Source: Acidimicrobiia bacterium (GTDB taxonomy: Bacteria; Actinomycetota; Acidimicrobiia; IMCC26256; JAENVU01). From it: a stretch of 64,000 nt of DNA. The notes beneath the pieces are model-generated. The model searched no databases, was not told the origin of the DNA, and worked only from the letters and a program-made list of their open reading frames with translations. Positions 1 through 9,998 of the stretch are shown one piece after another (position 1 is the first letter of the stretch; every line of letters begins with the position of its first letter). Position numbers and translations under genes: made by a program. The stretch lies in assembly GCA_031430375.1 (NCBI GenBank), contig JANPBJ010000149.1, forward strand, positions 16,776 to 80,775, read 5' to 3'.

Positions 1-2496
<2,496 letters not shown>

Positions 2497-2500
<4 letters not shown>

Positions 2501-3153
2501 CGTTGCCCACGGCCCCGGCCGTCGTCGAACTCCAGATTGCCGACGAACCCGACGCGTGGCGCGCGGCGGGATTCACGGTGGTCGATGACATTGCACAGAT
2601 CGGTGCAATCACGATTCGACTCATCGGACGAGCCGAGGCGAAACGCATCCGGTCCTGGAGCTGGTCAGACCTTCCGGGCGATCCTCCCGACGATCCTGGC
2701 GGCACCGGGTCGATCGATGGCCTCGTCACTGCTGTCAAACCGTCGTCTCCGAACCCACCGGGTGCGCACGCGAACGGCAGCACGATCGTCGATCACGTGG
2801 TGGTCGTCACCCCGAACCTCGAGCGCACCACTTCCGCCTTCGCCGCGCGTGGACTCGACGTTCGCCGGGTACGCGACACCGATCAGTACGGTGCGCCGTT
2901 CCGCCAGGTGTTCTTCCGCGGCGGCGAGACGATCATCGAACTCATCGGTCCCGTAGAGCCTGCGAGCGACGACAGCCGGCCGGCGCACTTCTTCGGCTTG
3001 GCCTTCACCGTCGCGGATATCGATGCCACGGCCGCGCTCCTTGCTGACGGCGTCGGTCGGATCAAGGACGCGGTACAACCCGGTCGACGAATCGTCACCT
3101 TGCACCACGATCAGTACGACATCTCCGTTCCGATCGCGTTCATGAGCGCATAG
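2497..3153 (+). CDS. VOC/glyoxalase-like domain protein
   Basis: Track ORF with a TTG start overlapping the upstream TGA (TTGA). The C-terminal half (VDHVVVVTPNLERT...FFGLAFTVADIDA) resembles a glyoxalase/bleomycin-resistance fold. Confidence 0.55.
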
Positions 3154-3171
3154 CGGCTTCCCGAGTAGCGA

Positions 3172-4146
3172 TCACGAGACCGGCGGCTCCTCAACGGGCA
3201 GTGACCAGGCGACTCGGGTCTTGGTGCGCTCGTAACCCTGGCCTTCGTACAACGCGAGCGCACCGGTGGGATTCTCGGCATCCACGTCGAGGGCGGCGTA
3301 CTCCAGTCCCTCAACCGCAAACGCGCCCGCAGTCGCGCTCAGCAACGCGCGCGCCACACCCTGGCTACGCCAGGCGCGGCGCACCCCGAGTTGGTGGGTC
3401 CACCCTTCACGGAACCCAAGCGCGGGCCAATCGTCAGGGTGAATCGAGTTGAGCGCGTACCCCGCGATCGCGTCACCGTCGAGGACGAGATACGAGCAGT
3501 CGGGACGGAAGTTGTGGTGGCCGGTGACCCATGTGCCCCAGGTCTCGGCATCGAGTTCGCTCGACGCGAAATGATCCCGGAAGGCCTCGTTGTGAGCCAC
3601 CCGTATGGCGTCGTCACGGGTCACGTCGAAGGGTACGAGTTCCAGACCCTCGCGCAGCGCTATCGGCATCGCGCCGTCGGCGAGCGGGCGGCGCATCTCG
3701 TGGTAGTAGCGCAGCGGAGTGAACCCGAACGAGCGAAACAGATCGCTACGAGTGACATCGGCCTGTGATGCCGAAAGCTCCAACCATCCCGGACTCAACA
3801 ACTGCTGGTCGGCCGCGACCTCCCGCCCTCGTTCGGTCTGCCATGCCACCAGTTCCGCGCCCACGCCCATGCCGCGCACGTCCGGGACCACGGCACCGTC
3901 GAGCAACACGCGTCGTTGATGCGAGCTGGGAATACAGACCACCGTTCCCCAGCCGACTATTCGCCCGTCGCACCACCCCAGGCGCGCGTCGCGCGAGGCG
4001 TCGAAGTACGACAACCCCAGCTGTTCCTCCAGGTCGGCTCGCCCCAGCACCTCACCAGTTCGATCGACCGCCTCAACGATCGCGAGCGCGTCGACCCACT
4101 CATCCAGGTCGCCGTCAACCGGTGCCCGCCATTCCACCCGCATCAC
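3172..4146 (-). CDS. two-domain GNAT N-acetyltransferase (MshD-like architecture)
   Basis: 324 aa with two acetyltransferase-like halves joined by HEMRRPL. The second half carries the acetyl-CoA motif QLGVRRAWRSQGVARALL. The architecture recalls mycothiol synthase, but identity is not established. Confidence 0.7.
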   Translation of the reverse strand: MMRVEWRAPVDGDLDEWVDALAIVEAVDRTGEVLGRADLEEQLGLSYFDASRDARLGWCDGRIVGWGTVVCIPSSHQRRVLLDGAVVPDVRGMGVGAELVAWQTERGREVAADQQLLSPGWLELSASQADVTRSDLFRSFGFTPLRYYHEMRRPLADGAMPIALREGLELVPFDVTRDDAIRVAHNEAFRDHFASSELDAETWGTWVTGHHNFRPDCSYLVLDGDAIAGYALNSIHPDDWPALGFREGWTHQLGVRRAWRSQGVARALLSATAGAFAVEGLEYAALDVDAENPTGALALYEGQGYERTKTRVAWSLPVEEPPVS

Positions 4147-4182
4147 CTGATTCTGTCTGCTCCGATCCCTCGGATGGCGGAA

Positions 4183-5331
4183 CTACAGCCGTTCGATGAT
4201 CGTGACGTTCGCCTGGCCACCGCCTTCACACATCGTCTGGAGGCCGTAACGGCCGCCGGTGCGTTCCAGCTCGTTGAGGAGTGTGGTCATCAACCGCACG
4301 CCGGTGGCGCCCAATGGGTGACCGAGCGCTATTGCCCCACCGTTCACATTCACCTTGGCCATCTCCGCGCCGGTCTCCTTCGCCCATGCAAGGACGACCG
4401 ACGCGAAGGCCTCGTTGATCTCCACGAGGTCGATCTCGTCCAAGCTCATGCCGGATTTCTCGAGGGCGTAGGCCGTTGCCGGGATCGGTGCCGAGAGCAT
4501 GAAGATCGGATCGTCGCCGCGCACCGAGAGGTGATGGATGCGGGCCCGCGGCTTGAAGCCGTGTTCCTTCACCGCCCGCTCCGACGCGATGAGCATCGCG
4601 CTCGCGGCATCGGAAATCTGGGAGCTCACCGCCGCGGTGACCCGACCTCCTTCGATCAGCGGCTTCAGCGAACGGATCTTCTCCCAATTGGGTTCGCGTG
4701 GCCCTTCGTCAAAGGTCGCGTCGCCGAACGCAATGATCTCGTTCTCGAACCGTCCTTCGGCCCGAGCGCGGATCGCGCGCTCGTGGGATTGGACGGCGAA
4801 ATGTTCCATGTCGTCTCGGCTGATCCCCCACTTCTCTGCGATGAGCTCCGCACCGCGGAACTGACTCACCTCTTGGGTGCCGTACCGCTCCACCCAACCC
4901 GTGCTCGTGCTGAACGGATCGGTGAACCCGAACTGCTCGGCCACCGTCATCGCCGAGGAGATCGGGATCATGCTCATGTTCTGCACGCCCCCGGCGACCA
5001 CCACATCCTGGGTGCCACTCATCACGCCCTGCGCCGCGAAGTGCACGGCCTGCTGACTCGAGCCGCATTGCCGGTCCACCGTCGTTCCGGGGACCGACTC
5101 CGGGAGGCCCGCGGCGAGCCAACAGGTGCGGGCGATGTCGCCGGCTTGGGGACCAATCGCGTCGAGACACCCGAAGACCACGTCTTCTACGGCGGCGGGA
5201 TCGAAGTCGTTGCGCGTCACGATCTCTTTGAGCACGTGCGCGCCGAGATCGGCCGGGTGGACCTGGCTCAGCGAGCCGCCGCGTCGACCGACGGGAGTGC
5301 GGACGGCATCGATGATGTAAGCCTCGGACAT
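4183..5331 (-). CDS. acetyl-CoA C-acyltransferase (thiolase), FadA-type
   Basis: 382 aa. Motifs: VDRQCGSSQQAV (active-site Cys), NEAFASV, and NVNGGAIALGHPLGATG ... CEGGGQANVTIIERL. Confidence 0.9.
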   Translation of the reverse strand: MSEAYIIDAVRTPVGRRGGSLSQVHPADLGAHVLKEIVTRNDFDPAAVEDVVFGCLDAIGPQAGDIARTCWLAAGLPESVPGTTVDRQCGSSQQAVHFAAQGVMSGTQDVVVAGGVQNMSMIPISSAMTVAEQFGFTDPFSTSTGWVERYGTQEVSQFRGAELIAEKWGISRDDMEHFAVQSHERAIRARAEGRFENEIIAFGDATFDEGPREPNWEKIRSLKPLIEGGRVTAAVSSQISDAASAMLIASERAVKEHGFKPRARIHHLSVRGDDPIFMLSAPIPATAYALEKSGMSLDEIDLVEINEAFASVVLAWAKETGAEMAKVNVNGGAIALGHPLGATGVRLMTTLLNELERTGGRYGLQTMCEGGGQANVTIIERL

Positions 5332-5343
5332 GGTGTTCCCTTC

Positions 5344-5372
5344 TCAGGTGAGACGTCAGGTGAGACGTCAGG
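5344..5372. repeat. 12-bp tandem repeat TCAGGTGAGACG x2.4 filling the ACAD-thiolase intercistronic gap
   Basis: Read directly: tcaggtgagacg tcaggtgagacg tcagg. Each unit carries a minus-strand TGA, and the last is the stop codon of the upstream ACAD gene. Confidence 0.8.
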
Positions 5373-6336
5373 CGGGACGGTCAAGGATCGCACGAGCCAC
5401 GCGGTCGCGGTGCCACGCGGCATCGCCCCACGCGCCGGCGAGGGCCCACGTTCGCTTCATCCATAGGTGCAGATCATGTTCGTAGGAGTAACCGATCGCG
5501 CCGTGGCATTGCAGCGCGGTACTCGCCGCGAGCATCCCCGCGTCGGCAGCTTGGGCTTTGCCCATCGAGCAGTGCAGGGCCGCGTCGGGATCGTTGGTCG
5601 CGAGCGAGTGGGCCGCTCGGTACACAAGCGGGGCCGCAAACTCGAGCGCGATGCGTACGTTCGCGAGCTGGTGCTTGATCGCTTGGAATGACCCGATCGG
5701 CGAGCCGAACTGGCGGCGTTCGGTGGCGTACGCCACGGTCATATCGAGCATCTGGCGGGCGAGTCCGAGGAGCTGGGCGGAGTACCCGAGCGTTGCGCGC
5801 CAGAACGCGACCGAGATCTCGTCGCGTGTGAGCGGTCGGGAAGTGTTCGCTTCAACCAGGCGCGTGAGCCGACGGCTCGCGTCCACCGATGTGAGCGCCT
5901 CGAACGTCGCGCTCGAGCCGGTGGCGAGCTGCGCATCCGGCGCCAGTACCACGATCACATCGGCCGCGACTCCATACGGAATCACCGGATCGCCGGCGCT
6001 CACGGTCATCACACCATTCACGACATCAGGGTGTTCCAAGACCGCGAGGGGCGCACCCACCAACACATGCTCGACGAACGGCTCGGGCAACGCGACTCGC
6101 CCGGTCTCTTCTGCGAGCAGCACCACATCGAGTTCGCTCAGGCCGAGCCCGCCCGACACCTCCGGCACCAGAGCACCGAGCACCCCCATCTCGCCGAGCG
6201 CGTTCCACGCGCTCCCGCTGCGGCCGTCGGCGTTGCTCCAGGCGGCGCGCACCACACTCGGCGGACACTCCTTGGCGAGGAGATCGCGAACGGCGTCTCG
6301 AAACGCGAGCTGATCTTCGGTGAACGCGAACTGCAT
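5368..6336 (-). CDS. acyl-CoA dehydrogenase family protein, beta-type subunit of a heteromeric ACAD (FadE32/33-like)
   Basis: Track ORF 5368..6366. The likely start is ATG 6336 (MQFAFTEDQLAFRDAV), 4 nt after the upstream ACAD stop. ACAD C-terminal fold: RRQFGSPIGSFQAIKHQLA. Confidence 0.8.
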   Translation of the reverse strand: MQFAFTEDQLAFRDAVRDLLAKECPPSVVRAAWSNADGRSGSAWNALGEMGVLGALVPEVSGGLGLSELDVVLLAEETGRVALPEPFVEHVLVGAPLAVLEHPDVVNGVMTVSAGDPVIPYGVAADVIVVLAPDAQLATGSSATFEALTSVDASRRLTRLVEANTSRPLTRDEISVAFWRATLGYSAQLLGLARQMLDMTVAYATERRQFGSPIGSFQAIKHQLANVRIALEFAAPLVYRAAHSLATNDPDAALHCSMGKAQAADAGMLAASTALQCHGAIGYSYEHDLHLWMKRTWALAGAWGDAAWHRDRVARAILDRPA

Positions 6337-6340
6337 AGCG

Positions 6341-7483
6341 CTACTTTCTCGGTAGCCCGAGCACACGCTCGGCGATCACGTTGCGTTGGATTTCGTTGGT
6401 CCCGGCGTAGATCGGACCGGACAGCGCGAACTCGTAGCCCTTCATCCACGGCGATTCGAGCTCGGCTTCGTAGCCAAGGAGTGCCAGCGCAGTCTCGTGG
6501 AGACGCACGTCGAGCTCGGACCAGAACACTTTGGTCAGACTCGACTCGATTCCCGGCGGATCTCCGGCGGTCACACGCGTCACGGTCTGGAGGGTCTGCA
6601 GGCGGTACGCCTCGGCATCGATGTAGGCCCGGGTGACCTGATCGCGGAGGAGCGGATCCGGCGCGGCTCCAACACGATCCCGGTACAGCGCGACTAACCG
6701 GTCGGCCGTCGCGTTGAACCGACCGGGGCTGCGCAGGGTGAGGCCGCGCTCCGAGCCCGTGGTGGCCATTGCGACACTCCAACCCTGATCGACACCGCCG
6801 AGCACCAAGTCGTCGGTCACGAGTGCATCTTCGAAGAAGACTTCCGCGAACCCTTGGTCACCATCAAGACGACCAAACCCGCGCACGGTGACTCCGGGCG
6901 TGTCGAGCGGGACAAGGAAGTAGGTGAGGCCACGGTGGCGCTCCGCGGTGGGGTCGGTACGGAACAGTCCGAAGAGGTGGGTGCAGAACGCGCCGCGAGT
7001 GGTCCACGTTTTCTGGCCGTTGAGTCGCCAACCGCCGCCGGACTCGTCACGCGTTGCAGTGGATCGAATGGCCGCGAGATCGCTGCCCGCATCCGGCTCG
7101 GACCAGCCTTGACACCATGACTCTTCTCCGCTCGCCATTTTCGACAAGAAGCGATCCTGCTGATCCGCCGTCCCAAACTCGAACAGCGTGGGCGCGAGCA
7201 GGAAGATCCCGTTCTGGGTCACGCGTTGGGGCGCGGCCGCTCGGTAGTACTCCTCTTCGAAGATCAACCACTCCCACAGGCTGGCCCCGCGGCCGCCGTA
7301 CTGCTCGGGCCACGAAACGACGGCCCATCGAGCATCGAAGAGGGTTCGCTCCCACTCCAGATGGCGGGCAAATCCCTCGCGGGTGTCGCCACTCGGCAAC
7401 GGTTCGCCGGGAACATGCGCGGCCAGCCACTCCCGCAGCTCCGCCCGAAACGCCTGCTCCGCCGGGCTCCAGCTCAGCTCCAC
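6341..7483 (-). CDS. acyl-CoA dehydrogenase, alpha-type subunit (FadE31-like)
   Basis: 380 aa with a GTG start. Motifs: WCQGWSEPDAGSDLAAI, NGQKTWTT, YAGTNEIQRNVIAERVLGLP. Confidence 0.85.
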   Translation of the reverse strand: MELSWSPAEQAFRAELREWLAAHVPGEPLPSGDTREGFARHLEWERTLFDARWAVVSWPEQYGGRGASLWEWLIFEEEYYRAAAPQRVTQNGIFLLAPTLFEFGTADQQDRFLSKMASGEESWCQGWSEPDAGSDLAAIRSTATRDESGGGWRLNGQKTWTTRGAFCTHLFGLFRTDPTAERHRGLTYFLVPLDTPGVTVRGFGRLDGDQGFAEVFFEDALVTDDLVLGGVDQGWSVAMATTGSERGLTLRSPGRFNATADRLVALYRDRVGAAPDPLLRDQVTRAYIDAEAYRLQTLQTVTRVTAGDPPGIESSLTKVFWSELDVRLHETALALLGYEAELESPWMKGYEFALSGPIYAGTNEIQRNVIAERVLGLPRK

Positions 7484-7654
7484 GTCAACATCCGCCTCGG
7501 GTTCATACCGGCCGGGACGCTACCCGCCGACCTGACGAGCCATCAGATCGTCGGAGGGAGAGCGTCGAGGGGAGCGGGTCGAAGGACGACCGTGAACGTT
7601 GACCGAGTTCTGGGCGGGAGGAGACGCCCGAACCACTGGCGCGAAATCGGCGCG

Positions 7655-7760
7655 GGCCGATGTCAGATGACGTGACGCCTGGGTGGCCGTGCGACCTCGC
7701 TGACGAGCGCTTGTCGGATAAGTGGCGGTCAGCACCACCCACGCGACAAGCAGTCGCGGG
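7655..7760 (+). repeat. interspersed ~100-nt repeat, copy A (TTGTCGGATA box plus CGCGAC-AAGCA-GTCGCG hairpin)
   Basis: The 52-nt core 7681..7732 is 49/52 identical to the reverse complement of 23321..23372. Flanking TGACGTGACGCCTGGGTGG and the hairpin at 7742..7758 are also shared with locus B. Confidence 0.85.
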
Positions 7761-7820
7761 GGCCAGGTGTCATGAACGAACGCCTGGTTGACGCGATCGA
7801 TCGAGCGACGCCGAATCTGG

Positions 7821-7870
7821 CGTTCGTTGTCCGTACGTCCCTCCAGGGAAGGGAATCCGCACAATGAACA
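7821..7870. repeat. 50-nt hairpin element, copy P (10-bp AT-rich stem CGTTCGTTGT / ACAATGAACA)
   Basis: Same length and arms as 30268..30317. The interior starts CCGTA and ends CGC in both copies, with an inner hairpin TCCCT-ccaggga-AGGGA. Confidence 0.7.
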
Positions 7871-8075
7871 GCGCAGACGCGTCGCCGTTGTGGAGTGTGA
7901 TTGCCATTGGCGCTGCCGTAGACCCGCCCCGCGTGTCCTGCCACCAGCGCCAACGACACGCAAGCAGGCGTCGACCGACCCAGTGTGTGGGCCGCTTGAC
8001 CCATTTTCTCCGGTTTTCGACCCATATAGGGTGCTTCGCCAGGGATCGCAGGCGGCCGGTTGAAGGGGCACGAAC

Positions 8076-9947
8076 ATGTTGAAGTTCCGCGTTCGATTGT
8101 TGGCGATCGTCTGCGCGCTCGGTGCGGGGCTGGTCCCCGCGCTCGTCCTCGACACCAGCGCACCCGCCCTATCGAACCCGACGTTGCCCTACCTCACGGT
8201 GGACCACACCATCAGCTCCCAACCGTGGGTCCCGGTCGTGGCAGGGAGCACCACGAACGCGTTCGACCTCGACGGCGGCACATTCTTGCCCTTCGACAAC
8301 GCGTTCTGGTTCGTTGACGACGGCGGGAATCGAGCGTATGAAGTTGACCGCACGACCGGAAAACTCCGGCGCACCATCACACAATCTGCGTTCTCCGCGG
8401 CTCAGCCCGTCGGCGGCGGCACCGCGGCGGGTCTCGGCCGTTCGGATGCACTTCAGTCGGCTGCGTACGACGTGTTTACCGACAGCCTGTACATCTTTTC
8501 CGCCAACTGTTGCGGCGTCGCGCCCTTCCAACCAACTGCATTTCGACTCAAGCGCGACGGTGCTGGAAAGTTCCAAGTCGAGTCGTACCAAGCGCTTCCC
8601 GAAGGCACCAACCCTGCAGCCGCGGGCTACCGGTATGGCTCCGGCCTGTACTTCGGGAAGGGCACCAAGATCCGAACGTACGACTACGCGATGAACACCA
8701 TCGGACCCGACATCAACATCATCGGTGCAGGAACATCCATCACCGGAATGGATTTCCCCGACGCCGACACGCTGCTCCTCACCACGACGCTGAATCAGTT
8801 AGTGAAGGTCTCAACCGCAGACTGGACGGTGGTCAGCGGGTGGACGTTCGACCTCGGGCGTCTCGGAATCCTCGACCCACGATCGGTCGATGCGTCCGGC
8901 GATCAGATCTTTATCGCCGACGGCTACGACCTGCGACCACCCACGGACCCGCTGAAGTACGCGGTCTTCGTGCTGAACCTCAGTGAGACCCCGCCCCCCG
9001 TCGCGTCGTTCGCGCCCCACGTGACCCGCGGCGCGAGCCCGTTGGCGGTGTGGTTCGTCGATCACAGCATCCGCGCCGAAACCCACCTCTGGAACTTCGG
9101 CGACGGCTCTCCCACCTCCACCGAGATCAGCCCGGCGCACATCTACACCACCCCCGGCACCTTCACCGCGACGCTGCAGGTCACGAGCGTCGGTGGCACC
9201 GACAGCGCGAGCAAGGTCATCACCGTGTTGCCCGGAACCGCGCGTACCGGTGGATACACCCTCGACGGTTTCGGCGGTCTCCACCCGTTCAAAATCGGTA
9301 GCACGCCGGTCGCGCCCGCGGCCCGCGGCGCGGTCTACTGGCCGGGCTGGGACATCGCTCGCGGCGCGGCCAGCCTCCCCGACGGGTCCGGCGGCTACAC
9401 CCTCGACGGCTACGGCGGTCTCCACCCATTCCGGATCGGAGCCGGAACCACTCCGCCGGCCGCAAAGAACGGTCCGTACTGGCCCGGAGTCGACGTCGCA
9501 CGCGGCGTCGCACTCATGCCCAACGGTAAGGGCGGACTCTTGGTGGATGCCTACGGCGGGATCCACCGCTTCCGGGTCGGAGCCAGCGCCCTGCCTGGGC
9601 GGCCAACCGGGAGCCCGTACTGGTTGGGTCGGGACATTGCCCAAGGCATCACGATCCTGCCCGACGGATCCGGCGGTTACGTGATCGACCGGAACGGCTC
9701 GCTCCACGCGTTCACTATCGGTGCGAATCCCTCACCCCCCGCTCCGACCAACGTCTGGGCCGCACCGGCGAGCCGGCCCGGTCGGGGTGTGTCACTCCTC
9801 AGCACCGGGACCGGCGGCTACACCATCGACGGCACCGGTGGAGTTCACCGCTTCGCAGTCACGAAGATGCCGCCCGGAACCTCGGGGATCGCCACCTGGC
9901 CCGGGTGGGACATCGCCCGCGACATCGTCGTACTCCCCGCGAACTAA
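8076..9947 (+). CDS. secreted protein: N-terminal unknown domain, PKD domain, five ~47-aa C-terminal repeats
   Basis: Signal-peptide-like N-terminus MLKFRVRLLAIVCALGAGLVPALV. PKD signature WNFGDGSPTS...HIYTTPGTFTATLQVT at aa ~307-385. Five repeats of GGYTLDG-GGLHPF...YWPGWDIARG at aa 392-623. GAAGGGG lies 7 nt before the ATG. Confidence 0.8.
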   Translation: MLKFRVRLLAIVCALGAGLVPALVLDTSAPALSNPTLPYLTVDHTISSQPWVPVVAGSTTNAFDLDGGTFLPFDNAFWFVDDGGNRAYEVDRTTGKLRRTITQSAFSAAQPVGGGTAAGLGRSDALQSAAYDVFTDSLYIFSANCCGVAPFQPTAFRLKRDGAGKFQVESYQALPEGTNPAAAGYRYGSGLYFGKGTKIRTYDYAMNTIGPDINIIGAGTSITGMDFPDADTLLLTTTLNQLVKVSTADWTVVSGWTFDLGRLGILDPRSVDASGDQIFIADGYDLRPPTDPLKYAVFVLNLSETPPPVASFAPHVTRGASPLAVWFVDHSIRAETHLWNFGDGSPTSTEISPAHIYTTPGTFTATLQVTSVGGTDSASKVITVLPGTARTGGYTLDGFGGLHPFKIGSTPVAPAARGAVYWPGWDIARGAASLPDGSGGYTLDGYGGLHPFRIGAGTTPPAAKNGPYWPGVDVARGVALMPNGKGGLLVDAYGGIHRFRVGASALPGRPTGSPYWLGRDIAQGITILPDGSGGYVIDRNGSLHAFTIGANPSPPAPTNVWAAPASRPGRGVSLLSTGTGGYTIDGTGGVHRFAVTKMPPGTSGIATWPGWDIARDIVVLPAN

Positions 9948-9984
9948 AACCCCGCGAACTAAAACCCCGCGAACTAAAACCCGC
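9935..9984. repeat. 15-bp tandem repeat CCCCGCGAACTAAAA x3.3 spanning the stop codon of the PKD gene
   Basis: Read directly at 9935-9949, 9950-9964 and 9965-9979, plus a partial fourth unit. Each unit re-encodes P-A-N-stop in the gene frame. Confidence 0.85.
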
Positions 9985-9998
9985 AGGGGTCCTCGCCC

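Noticed and set aside
3916-5466. Long track ORFs that cover large stretches: 3916..5466 +, 19448..20227 -, 34050..35159 -, 40876..42369 -, 41808..43424 -, 45056..46732 +, 22302..23324 +, and many more.
   Set aside because: They run antisense to, or out of frame with, genes that have unmistakable family motifs. Their translations are Arg/Pro/Gly/His-rich low-complexity strings typical of non-coding frames in high-GC DNA. No family signatures are present.
7701-7714. Imperfect palindrome GACGAGCGCTTGTC inside the repeat core (also at 23338..23351), considered as a KstR2-type (AnCAAGnnCTTGnT, from memory) steroid operator.
   Set aside because: Only the CAAG/CT(C/T)G core matches, and the flanking A/T positions do not. 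The sequence is embedded in a longer repeat that also occurs between convergent genes, and no TetR gene is present. It is kept only as a remote possibility within the repeat finding.
7484-8075. Possible protein-coding gene, transposase remnant or sRNA gene in the 590-nt gap between the ACAD operon and the PKD gene.
   Set aside because: All six-frame ORFs there have artefactual composition. The region is better explained by repeat A, hairpin P and promoter sequence. An sRNA cannot be excluded, but nothing in the sequence specifically supports one.
9935-9984. Short tandem arrays (9935, 5344, 17953, 34580, 49735) considered as CRISPR-like or as mobile-element termini.
   Set aside because: The units are 12-15 bp and contiguous with no spacers. 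No cas genes or transposases are present, so these are simple slippage-type tandem repeats.
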